This document shows, one piece after another, positions 10,577 through 20,668 of a stretch of 23,762 nt of DNA. This DNA is from Octopus sinensis (Eukaryota), in contig NW_021836526.1 of assembly GCF_006345805.1 (NCBI RefSeq), positions 1-23,762 on the forward strand, written 5' to 3'. The notes beneath the pieces are model-generated. The model was not told where the DNA came from. It searched no databases and saw only the letters and a list, made by a program, of their open reading frames with translations. The position numbers and the translations under genes are program-made. The stretch's first letter is position 1; the number at the start of each line of letters is the position of its first letter.

Positions 10577-10799
10577 GGCGTATGGCGTAGTGGTTAAGAG
10601 CGCGGGCTCCTAACCCCAAGGTTCCGAGTTCGATTCCAGGAAGTGACCTGAATAATGATGGCAACGGGAAAATACCTTAGGAATGAGAACCCAGGTTCGA
10701 AATTCCCCCAGGACACCTAAAGATAGTACATCAGCCGAAACGTTGTGTTAACTACAAACAAGATGAGGACAAATATCCGCCAAATGTAAATAATGTAAA
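10577..10799 (+). mobile_element. tRNA-derived SINE (family D) with Penelope-like tail
   Basis: A box TGGCGTAGTGG and B box GAGTTCGATTCC. The tail contains CAGCCGAAACGTTG and ends in AATGTAAAT repeats. Confidence 0.55.
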
Positions 10800-10860
10800 A
10801 ATATTTATGCCTGAAAATATCATACATGGAGTTACGATTTTATACACCCAACAAAGTATT

Positions 10861-11247
10861 GGATGGAAGCACTCCGTCGGTTACGACGACGAGGGTTCCG
10901 GTTGATCCGAATCAACGGAACAGCCTGCTCGTGAAATTAACGTGTAAGTGGCTGAGCACTCCACAGACACGTGTACCCTTAACGTAGTTCTCGGGGATAT
11001 TCAGCGTGACACAGAGAGTGACAAGGCCGGCCCTTTGAAATACAGGTACAACAGAAACAGGAAGTAAGAGTGAGAGAAAGTTGTGGTGAAAGAGTACAGC
11101 AGGGATCACCACCATCCCCTGCCGGAGCCTTGTGGAGCTTTAGGTGTTTTCGCTCAATAAACACTCACAGCGCCCTGTCTGGGAATCGAAACCGCGATCC
11201 TATGACCGCGAGTCCGCTGCCCTAACCACTGGGCCATTGTGCCTCCA
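10861..11247 (-). mobile_element. SINE family C, tail type 3
   Basis: Same head and body. TSD CACCCAACAAAGTATT at 10845-10860 and 11246-11261. Confidence 0.85.
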
Positions 11248-11544
11248 CCCAACAAAGTATTACTGTTAAGCTGAAACTGTTGCTAATGTAAAAAGAAATG
11301 AAATGGTGAAACTATTTTCTAGTTTTCTGAAAAAGCAGCGTTTTGGACTTACGACACTTTTGCATGATACCAACAATATACAAACACAATTTGTATTTAG
11401 AGAATTGCATGACGTACACTTAACTATGTGTCTATTAAGTGTGTGCACATGCGCAGATGTGTATTTTCGATATTTTTGTAGTCATTCGTTGCCGCGACCT
11501 CTTAACCCTATTAAATATCTTTTTCAATATATTAACTTTTCGGC

Positions 11545-11802
11545 ACAGGCAATAGACGTGTGGTTAAGAGCATCGGTTTACAACCACGTGGGTTCGGGTT
11601 CAGTCCCACTACGTGTCGTGTGTGTGTGTGTGTGTGTGTTCTACATCTTGGCAGTAGGTGTTGGTTTGTTTACGTGAAAAAGACCTACAGGATAAGAATC
11701 CGACGATAAAAAAAAAAAACGTATGTGTCAATTTGTTCGACTACACCCGTCAAGACGTTGCTCCAGCATGGCCACTATCCAATGACTGACACCAGTAAAA
11801 GA
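11545..11802 (+). mobile_element. Degenerate SINE family A-related copy
   Basis: GTGTGGTTAAG...GGTTCGGGTTCAGTCCCACT head and GCTCCAGCATGGCC...AATGACTGA tail. Confidence 0.55.
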
Positions 11803-12369
11803 CGCCGTGCGTTTTCGTCCTGTAGGACACTGAAAACCTATACATTTCCCTAATCCCAAGCTTTTGCAGTATCTGACCCCCAACTTTGGATGGGCTGCAA
11901 TAGATGGGGGAGTATTTAACAAGATCCCTTTACTGTTTTACTTGGGATTGATTAGCTGCGAATGGCAAAATTTGGCGCCTGTTCTTTCAGTATTTTTGGT
12001 ATATAATAAATCAGAGCGAATCGTTTCCTTCATCTCCAGTTCTCCCCAGGGACTCGAGTCTTACGCTTTCAACAACTCTCACTCTTTCATCCGCTGCCCG
12101 TTGCATAGAATTTAAATCTTCAATGAAGAAAATGTTAAATCGATTGAGTTCCGTTCCGCAGTCAGTTTGACGTTGTGTGGCGATCACAGCAGGCATCGAT
12201 AAACGAAGCGATTGAGAAGAAACTATCTTTCGTTAAGAACCAACATGACTTCTTGTTCATTCGCGCTAAATGTTCTCAGAATTCATCCCGAATTCGTTGG
12301 TATCTGGTTGTCATCTTTCTAATATGCGCATGAAATGATGCTTCATTGCGCATTATGATCCCCAGGCCA

Positions 12370-13010
12370 GGAGGTATTGATTATGATAGGACCTTATCAA
12401 CACAATGTGAACGTGCTTCCGGTCATATGACTTGCATTAAATAGCACATAATAAATGTAGCGTATTGCACATTAGCAGCGTGCTACGAATTACACATCCT
12501 CGTAAAAGAACATAACACAGCCACAGTTTAACCTTTAACAGCAAAATTAAATTTCATGCTCGTTTCACTAATGATGTTAAATATCTTATGAAAGAGAAAA
12601 ATTAGAATTTTCTGATTTTCTTCAAGTCACGTTGTCTCGTTTAGACTTGATTTGACATTCTTCAACAAAAGAGGATGGTGAACGAGTTTGATTTCCGCAG
12701 TTAACGTCAATGAAATTTTGACTGGTTATAATCTGATTTCTGCAGTAAGAGAGTTAAAAATAGCTGGAGAAGAACTTCAATCAGAAATTCTTGTGTACTA
12801 AGATAGCATGTTGTAAATGTGGCAAATTGCATATAGGCAACGCCTTCCACAAACTACACATCCGTGTGAAAGAATTTAACATTAGGCATAGGAATGCTAT
12901 GCATAATGTTAAATGCTATGCCTAAGATAGCTGGAGAATTCCTACAATCAGGAATTCATGATCCTATCAAAGACTTGAAGACTTCAAAAACCGGAGAAGG
13001 AAATGTCCAA
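12370..13010 (+). pseudogene. Highly decayed MULE-like transposase relic
   Basis: Fragments CSFH (~12557) and MWQIAYRQRLPQTTHPCE (~12817-12870) resemble MULE CxFH and W..RTNNxxE motifs. Many stop codons. Confidence 0.35.
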
Positions 13011-13824
13011 AAATATTAAAAGTTCATTCGAATTTAAAAAAAAATTTCATTCGAATTTAAAGCAGTATTGGATTCATTACACACGTGAACGCTGCTGTCA
13101 TTATCTACAGAGTCCATAGAATCACTAATGGTACTTCGGGGTAGATATGAAAAATTAACTCTTCGGCCTGACACACACACACATGTCGAGCCTGACCTGC
13201 GATCCTTCTCTCCGACTCGCAGGCCACCGGTTTATCGGTGCCCGCCTGCCGTATGTTTCTCGACTTATTGTTAGAGATCATGTATGATTAACGACATTTT
13301 CCAAATGAGAAATAGCCAAACGATTACAGGAGGGAACAAGGCGACCCGAAGAATACCCACCTAGAGACCCACCAATCAAGCAAACTGCACCACGTCGGGC
13401 AAGCTGTGATTGGTCAAGCGCAAACTGGGCCCGATAGAATCGACCAGTTCCTGAAAAAAGGAACCGCCCGTACAGCCACAAGACCCACTCCCAAAAGCCT
13501 AGAACATAACTGTACAAATCATGCCAAACAAACGCAAGGTACCACCCTTATGCTGCCTAAATTTTATGCAACATATTCCCCTCTGAGATTCACACACTTA
13601 TTGCAGCGGTAAATAAACTCGGAATGTTGGGACACCAGCGAGGCCTTTCGCGATACTCTTAAAGCCAGGAACTTTTCAGCACCCCTTCGTACACACACAC
13701 ACACACACACACACTTATTCATGTGCTTGAATTTATCTGAGAGGTGAGCATATGAAATTTTTGTTTATTACAAAAATCAGAGCTATATTAGAAAAAAAAA
13801 GCCGGTTACTTATGGGAAATATAA

Positions 13825-13860
<36 letters not shown>

Positions 13861-14029
13861 AAAGAGAGAGAATATAATATGATTACGTGGCTGCTGATGG
13901 AGTGTCTTAATATGGGGGGCATTATTAGATATAAATCTTGCCGAATAAATCACAGTATTCTGTAGACGGGAATCTCTCCATAAAGCATCTTCAGTGAAAA
14001 TAACTGTTGACAAGGAAGGGAGTATATGT

Positions 14030-14040
14030 ACGTATATATA

Positions 14041-14071
<31 letters not shown>

Positions 14072-14195
14072 ATATAGGTTTTTTATCTCGAGTTTGGAAA
14101 ATGGTGAGAGGAAATGGTTTAGGTTAACTAGAAACGGGTTATCATTTCTCCACCTCTCAACGTCCTAGAAATATGTTTATGAATGGTTCAAGGTG

Positions 14196-14247
<52 letters not shown>

Positions 14248-14454
14248 TTTGTGTGTGTGTGGGTGGTGTGTGTATATATGATACAGATCTAGATTATATT
14301 TACACACTTATGTCTATACTCATACGACATGGTACAAACCCATACGAGCATTATATATATATACTTGTGTGAGTATATATGATACAAATACATGCATGTC
14401 TATGTCTCCTATCCATCAAAGATGACGCCATAATGCAGAATGTTTTCAATGCCA

Positions 14455-14522
<68 letters not shown>

Positions 14523-14584
14523 AATTTTCAAACGTATGCTCCATCATTGATCTATCATGAGGAAAATGAGTGTGTGTGTGTGTG

Positions 14585-14632
<48 letters not shown>

Positions 14633-14720
14633 TACATACATGTGTTTACATATATACATACGCAAATATGTAAAGAAAGATGTAGATTTTTGTATATATA
14701 GTATTTATGTATATGTACAC
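14030..14720. repeat. Microsatellite cluster (TA)n, (TG)n, (CA)n
   Basis: Seen directly in the sequence. Confidence 0.9.
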
Positions 14721-15089
14721 ATATCTTTACACATAGCCGCGCTCACAACCGATAATACTTGGTGACGATCTGGCCGAACTCTTAGAGCGTCGGACAAAAT
14801 ACATCTCAATATTACCTCGCCTTTTGCTTCTAATTGAAATCTCCTGTAGTTTATTATCTCGAGTTCTGGAATCGACGAATAAATCTAGTTCTTTAGAGGA
14901 GATCGATACTTTTTGTCCATCGCAGCCTATTTGTCACTTCACCAGTCTGCTTCTGTCTGTTCTGCAAGGAATCTAAATCAAATGGCCGACTCCGATGTCT
15001 TTAAATGCCTTAGGCACGTTCCTTAATACTCCCGCAGCCCTTTCAGAAGTCGAGGATCCACGGCAAGGCACGTCTATAGGTTTATGTGG

Positions 15090-15290
15090 TTTGCCAAGAC
15101 TCAACTTCCCTCTGTGCTGTACTGCATGCATATAATCGACCAGGATCTTGTCTCGAGTTCAGTCGCTGATGCCGTCACTTTACAAACGTCTTGCTCTCTT
15201 CCTATCTTCTTTTACACTTCCTGTCAGGGTGGACATGGGCTATGATCCGTGGCGCATTGCATGTCCAAAGTAAGATTGCTTCATGACTCG
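15090..15290 (-). mobile_element. RTE-like LINE C-terminal relic
   Basis: Minus strand reads FGHAMRHGS*PMSTLTGSV, resembling the RTE ORF C-terminal FGHxxR...LxGxVxG motif. Confidence 0.4.
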
Positions 15291-15428
15291 ATTCACGACA
15301 ATACACAACCATACACATAGCTGTCTATCCATCCATCTATCCTTCCTTCCTCATATATGTGTGTCGTATTGGGTTGGTAATCAGAAACAGTAAAAGCAGA
15401 CCTTGAAACATAAGTATATTTTATAGGC

Positions 15429-15489
15429 AGAAGTCCAAATGCCGAAGAAGTCCAAATGCCGAAGAAGTCCAAATGCCGAAGAAGTCCAA
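15429..15489. repeat. 17-bp tandem repeat GAAGAAGTCCAAATGCC x~3.5
   Basis: Seen directly in the sequence. Confidence 0.9.
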
Positions 15490-15574
15490 TAAGCATAGCC
15501 AGAAAGAAGAGTCAGGAGGTTGGTCAACCCCGGGCGACGCATTTATAGAGGTGGGGAGGAGGCGGCACATTTGG

Positions 15575-15968
15575 GTCTAATCAAAGTCATCAGTGACCAG
15601 GCGATGCCTGAAATAAGGACCATTTATAATTCTTTCTACTAAAGACACAAGATATGAAATTTTTGGCGGAGGAACTGAATCGATTACATCAACCCCAGTG
15701 CGTAACTGGTACTTATATTTCATCGACCCCGAAAGGATGAAAGGCAAAGTCGACCACTGCGGAAGGACCATTTATTATAATGGTGTTTCAAAGACACCCG
15801 TCCAGCATTGTAGCAGTCATAGAAGCTGAAGGTAGATTCATAGAATAATTTTATGAAAAAGCTTATCGAGGACATGAGCGCAAATAATTTTACTAAAATT
15901 ACATTTGCTTAATTAGAATTGCTTCATTAAAATCACCAAATATGTCCTCAAATATCTCTCGCATCCTG
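15575..15968 (+). mobile_element. Second Tc1/mariner 3' relic (interrupted by SINE)
   Basis: Homologous to 4961-5288: AAGGACCATTTA...VIEAEGRFIE*...TTAGAATTGCTT.ATTAAA..ACCAAATATGT.CTC. Confidence 0.65.
15628..15762 (-). mobile_element. 5'-truncated Meta-like SINE with alternative tail, inserted in a Tc1/mariner relic
   Basis: 13-bp TSD AAGGACCATTTAT at 15615-15627 and 15763-15775. Same core as the arrays but a different 3' tail. Confidence 0.75.
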
Positions 15969-16940
15969 CACAAGGCCTGAAAATCGGACACGGGGATTAA
16001 TCGCTATTGCCCTTAGGAGGTAATTATTTTATGACTACCATGTACAGCTGGGTCCTCCAGGAAAGGAGCACATTTTCAGAGTTGCCTTATTTAATCGGGC
16101 CATAAATATTTTAGCAAGTATTACAACAAGCATTGCTCAACTAAAGGCGGTGCTCCAGCATGGCCGCAGTCAAATGATTGAAACAAGTAAAAGAGTAGAG
16201 TATACATATCTACAGAGAATATATACACACACCCGGATACAGAATATACTCATTACTGTTATAAATAATTTTAATATCTTGAACATTAAGACAGAAAATC
16301 TTTCAAACATACACAGATGCTTAAATACATACATACATAAGATTTTATACATGTGTATAGACAAACATAAGCCTTGTATATTAGAAATATTCATATACTT
16401 AAATGCATCGACACAAGCACACATATACACAGAATTATACATGTACGTAAGCATAGATATAAATGCAGGCATAAAAATATACATTTATCACATACACAAG
16501 CGTGTATGTTCGTGATATAACACAGGATTAGAGAGATAACGAAAAATACAAGATATGACGTCGATAAATATCAGGAGCTAATAATAATAATAATAATAAT
16601 AATAATTTCGGTATAGAAAAAGCGAAAGAGCAGCAGCAACATTGATTAAGATTGCATAGATTTATAGATATTGCTGCGAAGAAGGCCTATGATGTTATCG
16701 TCAAAAAGTAAAGCTGTAAAATTAAAAAAAAAAAAAGAATGTCTCATTAGAAAATTTGAAACAAAATTCAAGAGAAATAAACATGGCTGCCATTAGTTGA
16801 GTAAACAGTAAATAGAGAAAAAAAAATTGTTTTTTTAAAATGTTATCAAGAAACGAAGAGTGGTGTCAATGACCTGCTTTTTATTTGGGAAGATTCTAAT
16901 CTTAGTTTTGATGCCGGGGGAACAAGGAAATTACCTAATA

Positions 16941-17336
16941 CTAGCGGTATCGCCCGGCGTTGCTCGGGTTTGTAAGGGAAATAACTATATAAGCATTTTT
17001 AGAGATGTAAAGTATAATAGCCATCTCAATATGGTTAACCACAAAGGGGGGGTGTTACTGTAGCTTTTTACGTTCTGAGATTTAATAATAAATTTTTAGA
17101 GAGTTACTTCCCTTATATATGCCAAAAATGCATTAAAAATGGGGAAAATTGATGGTAAATTTTTTTTTAAATCGTAGACTCATCGTAGACGCGCGCTAAT
17201 ACCCAGAAGGGCTCGTTATGAATCATGACTATAAGATACCCGGTTTTGGTAAAAATGCACCGCAAAATGTGGGAGTAGTTAGGAATCTAAATCGTAGGAG
17301 ACAGACAGCACACAACCCCACTTTTATATATAAAGA
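16941..17336 (-). mobile_element. Non-autonomous Helitron (~396 bp)
   Basis: On the minus strand it starts TC(TTTATATATAAAAG) and ends CTAG, is inserted between A and T, has no TSD, and carries a subterminal GC hairpin CCCGAGCAACGCCGGG (16953-16968). Confidence 0.8.
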
Positions 17337-17409
17337 TTAGGGAAGACCCAAATGCTAGGTTGTGTTATTAAAGCGAACGAGGCTTTACACTTTACTGGTA
17401 TTTTGCTTC

Positions 17410-18130
17410 TTTATAGAAATGAGGAGGGTTTTATAAAAATAAGGAGGGTTTCAAGATGGGATAAGTCGATTACATTCACCCCCAGGGTTTCACTGGTACT
17501 TAATTTATCGACCCCGAAATGTTGAATTCGACCCCGAAATGATGATCGGCCAAGTTTCCGCGCACCAGTGGGACTGAACCGGAAACCACATGGTTGCCAA
17601 GTAAGCTTCTTTACCACACAATCATGCCTGCGCCTTATTCTTATCGACCCTCGATATATGATAGTGAAGTTGTCCTTGCCGCTATTCGAGCTCAGAACGT
17701 AAACATTCAAAAATATACCACAAAATGTTTTGTTTTTGTTTGTTCCGACGCTTGAGCCATTTCACCAAGCAATAATACTGATTTCCAAATTTCGGCACAA
17801 CGCCAGCAATTTTAGTGGGAGGGGGGGGGGCAGATAGTCGATTACATCGACTCCAGTGAATTACTGGTACTTATTTTATCGTCCCCGAAAGTATGAAAGG
17901 CTAAATCGACCTCGGCAGAATTTGAACTCAGAACTTGAATTCTGCCAGCTCGTTAACTTAATGATTCTGTTTAATTCAGGGGCAAGCATGAATGTGAGGT
18001 TAAGAAGTTCGTTTTGCAACAACATGGTTTTAGGTTAAGCCCCCCACCACGTGACATCTTGGGCAATTGTGTTAGAATGATTTGGGTCCACCAACGTCTT
18101 GTGAGTGAATATAGCAGGCGGAAAGACTGC
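17410..18130. mobile_element. Cluster of degenerate SINE fragments (Meta-like and family A)
   Basis: AAGTCGATTAC...ACTGGTACTT...ATCGACCCCGAAA pieces at ~17462 and ~17837. Family A heads at ~17565-17635 (-) and ~17980-18130 (+). Confidence 0.6.
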
Positions 18131-18278
18131 GATGGCGTGTTCACACTATTTCTTTATTACCCACAAGGGGCGAACGAAGAGGGGGACATAGAACATTACA
18201 ATTAAATTTATGAAGGATGAATTGTTACATGAAAAAATGATAATATGAAAGCGATGCTAAAGGCCCCATCCGTTAGCA

Positions 18279-18548
18279 TCACTTACCTGTCCTTTGGTTT
18301 TCACCGTCACTTGAATGTTCTTTCCCAATACGAATAAATTCCATATCCATTCTTACTCCGAAATACTCATCCATATTTTCCACGAATTCATCGCTCATTC
18401 TTATATCTTTCACCTCCCAATTCTCCCTTTCACACCTCACCATAAACTCATCTATGTTCTTTTTTTCAATCACAGCATACCTAGTCTCACCAACTTCATA
18501 CCATTTATACTCTTCCATTAGACTTTTAACTTCTTTCTGTTCAGTCAT
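18279..18548 (-). CDS. Probable C-terminal continuation of the ORF1 protein (89-aa acidic segment)
   Basis: Adding one base to the G6 run at 18625-18630 gives an uninterrupted read ...TRSPPTRKLKKKNNTDRQEIEIEPRPYICT-MTEQKEV... to the stop at 18279. Confidence 0.6.
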   Translation of the reverse strand: MTEQKEVKSLMEEYKWYEVGETRYAVIEKKNIDEFMVRCERENWEVKDIRMSDEFVENMDEYFGVRMDMEFIRIGKEHSSDGENQRTGK

Positions 18549-18610
18549 AGTACAAATGTACGGCCTGGGTTCGATTTCAATCTCTTGTCTGTCTGTATTA
18601 TTTTTTTTCT

Positions 18611-19699
18611 TTAGTTTTCTTGTTGGGGGGAGCGGGTGGGTTCACTGTCTGCAGGGATAGGGTGGGACTCAGAGGGTGTGGGTGGTTTTGGGGTGGATTG
18701 GTGTTCCATATTATTTTCTTTTCCTCGTATTCTTCTCTTCCTCTTATTTCCAGCTTCCTTCCATTTCTGTGTATTCTCTTCCTCTTCTACTGTCTCCTTC
18801 TCCTCTGGTTTCTGCTTCTCTCTCTGTGGTTCGGAATCCATTTCTTTCCCTGGGGGAGGGCAGAAGGCTCTTATGTGACCCCTCAGGCCACACTTGTAAC
18901 AACGTGGAGCTCTGCCCTCCACCCACACTCTCATGATCACGTCTCCCAATCTGATGCTTTCCGCCAGGTCCACCAGTACCTCGTTCTCTGCCTGCACGTT
19001 CAGCTCCACTGTTACGCCTCTCCAGCCCTCGGTCTTAACCGAGGCATGGAGAATATCCACTTCCTCCTCGTGGCCGCTGATCACAGCCGCCACAATCCAC
19101 TCTGCCTCCACGTTTGGTGGCACTCCCTCCACCCTTATTCGTGTAATCCTTCTATTCAAATACATAGGTAAAAGTGTTACCTTTTCTGACTTCACCGCCT
19201 TCGCCGCCATCTTCCTCGCTGCAGTCTCACTTTTAAAATGTACCACTACGGTACCATACTTGGATCCCCGAGTAAGAAAATTAATTTCCTCCTCAGTTCT
19301 TCTCAGGGCCTCCTCTATCCACTCCATGTTTACAACCTCTATTTTCTTCCTTTCGTTTGCGAACACCCTGTAAATAATGGTCCTCTTATCATACCATTCT
19401 TTTCTCTTGGGTGTCGGTGCCAGTTCCACCTCACCGCTATCCTTTTTCATGTATTTCTGGTAACTTGTTAACTTGGCCAAGTCGACCCCTTTCTCTTCAG
19501 CCTTCTTGGTTACACCGGCATAGGTATAACCCAGCTTCTCGTCCAATTTCCTCGCTGCCATTTCTAGCTCCTTCTCAGACGTAGACAAGTCTGATAAAGA
19601 CTCGAAAACTCCAGCCTTATCTCCCATCAGCTTCATTGTCACTGCCTGTTCCAGTTCCTCATCAGTCGTGGACAAGTCTGTTAGAGACTCATAGTCCAT
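18611..19699 (-). CDS. Gag-like/LINE ORF1p nucleic-acid-binding protein with CCHC zinc knuckle (362 aa from MDYESL; probably ~473 aa after a 1-bp frameshift)
   Basis: Long non-repetitive ORF. CYKCGLRGHIRAFC (CX2CX4HX4C) lies at 18860-18901, preceded by an RRM-like stretch (RIRVEGVP...IMRVWVEGRAPR) typical of L1/Tx1 ORF1 and followed by a basic KRKRR patch. The first ATG inside the TSD is at 19699. Confidence 0.75.
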   Translation of the reverse strand: MDYESLTDLSTTDEELEQAVTMKLMGDKAGVFESLSDLSTSEKELEMAARKLDEKLGYTYAGVTKKAEEKGVDLAKLTSYQKYMKKDSGEVELAPTPKRKEWYDKRTIIYRVFANERKKIEVVNMEWIEEALRRTEEEINFLTRGSKYGTVVVHFKSETAARKMAAKAVKSEKVTLLPMYLNRRITRIRVEGVPPNVEAEWIVAAVISGHEEEVDILHASVKTEGWRGVTVELNVQAENEVLVDLAESIRLGDVIMRVWVEGRAPRCYKCGLRGHIRAFCPPPGKEMDSEPQREKQKPEEKETVEEEENTQKWKEAGNKRKRRIRGKENNMEHQSTPKPPTPSESHPIPADSEPTRSPQQEN

Positions 19700-20496
19700 T
19701 TCCCTCTGTCTGACAGACCGAAAACGGCCGCCAAAAAAGAAAAAGGATGGCGTGTTCACACACAGGCGCCTGTCCTGTCCCCGCCATAGAATGTTTACGC
19801 CTCCTGGTGACTGAATGCAAAAAAAAAAAAAAAAAAGGAAAATTTTGGGTCGGTTTCTTCGACTAAAGTCTTTCAAGGTGGTGTCCCAGCATGACCGCAG
19901 AAAAAAAGATGAAAAGTTAGCTATTTTAGGGGAGGGGGACAATCGGTTCAAGACAGTCCTGCAAGGGTGGAAGGCAAAGTTGACTGCCACAGAACTTCGA
20001 ATCAGAACGTAAAGAGACCGAAGAAGTGCTGCTAACCATTTTGTACGACGCACAAGCAATTGTGCCGCTCACCGCCATAGTTTGAAAGAGGAACGAAGCG
20101 TGGTTAAATATTTTAAATTAAGAAATAAAAACTTAAAAGGAAAAACAGTTCGTTCCCAGATTAACCCATCGAGTTTACGGTCATGAAGTCGCATGTTCGA
20201 ATCTGGTTCACGGTCACAAAGTTACTTATTAGAATCTAGTTTACGGTTCTGAAGTTGAATGTTCGAATCTGGTTTGGAGCTCTTATAACAGTTTACTGAA
20301 ATAGTATCAATATTTGGAATAGTCAGTATCAAAAGAGAATGGCGCATCATGCGATCATTAAATTTTGTCTTCCACGAAAGACATATTCGTTTCTGTTCTT
20401 TAACAACAAGCATTAAAACCTCAATTTAAAAAGATGCAACGTAAAATTATTTTAATATATTAATTCATCCAAAACAGGTTTGCGTGAATGTATGTG

Positions 20497-20539
<43 letters not shown>

Positions 20540-20540
<1 letters not shown>

Positions 20541-20668
20541 TTTATTTAAAGCAGCAGAAATTCAACAAAATCTGTTACTCTGAGTTTCTAGCAAAAACTG
20601 TCCGACGAACGGCAACGGGAAACTCAGAGTAACACGTTTTGTTGAATTTTCTGCTGCTTTAAATAAAG
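20540..20668. repeat. ~50-bp-arm inverted repeat with hammerhead-like centre, embedded in (TA)n; Penelope-like end
   Basis: Arms 20540-20588 and 20619-20668 are near-perfect reverse complements. The spacer has CCGACGA-ACG-GCAA-CGG-GAAACTC. Confidence 0.7.

Larger units (their letters stand above)
18147..19745 (-). mobile_element. ORF1-only (no RT) non-LTR retroelement, ~1.6 kb, HAL1-like/Tx1-L1-type non-autonomous element
   Basis: Exact 16-bp direct repeat GATGGCGTGTTCACAC at 18131-18146 and 19746-19761 (TSD). The interior is a ~46-nt 5' UTR, a CCHC-knuckle ORF and a ~130-nt 3' UTR ending in ...GCCCCTTGTGGGTAATAAAGAAATA. No RT or endonuclease sequence fits between the TSDs. Confidence 0.8.

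Noticed and set aside
10577-10650. Possible tRNA gene (also the heads at 9085-9158 and 11175-11247)
   Set aside because: A and B boxes are present but there is no proper acceptor stem, and the sequence continues into SINE bodies.
19700-20059. N-terminal 120 aa of the 482-aa ORF call
   Set aside because: It starts at a non-ATG codon and runs across the TSD into flanking SINE debris and a poly(A) run. The plausible start is the ATG at 19699.
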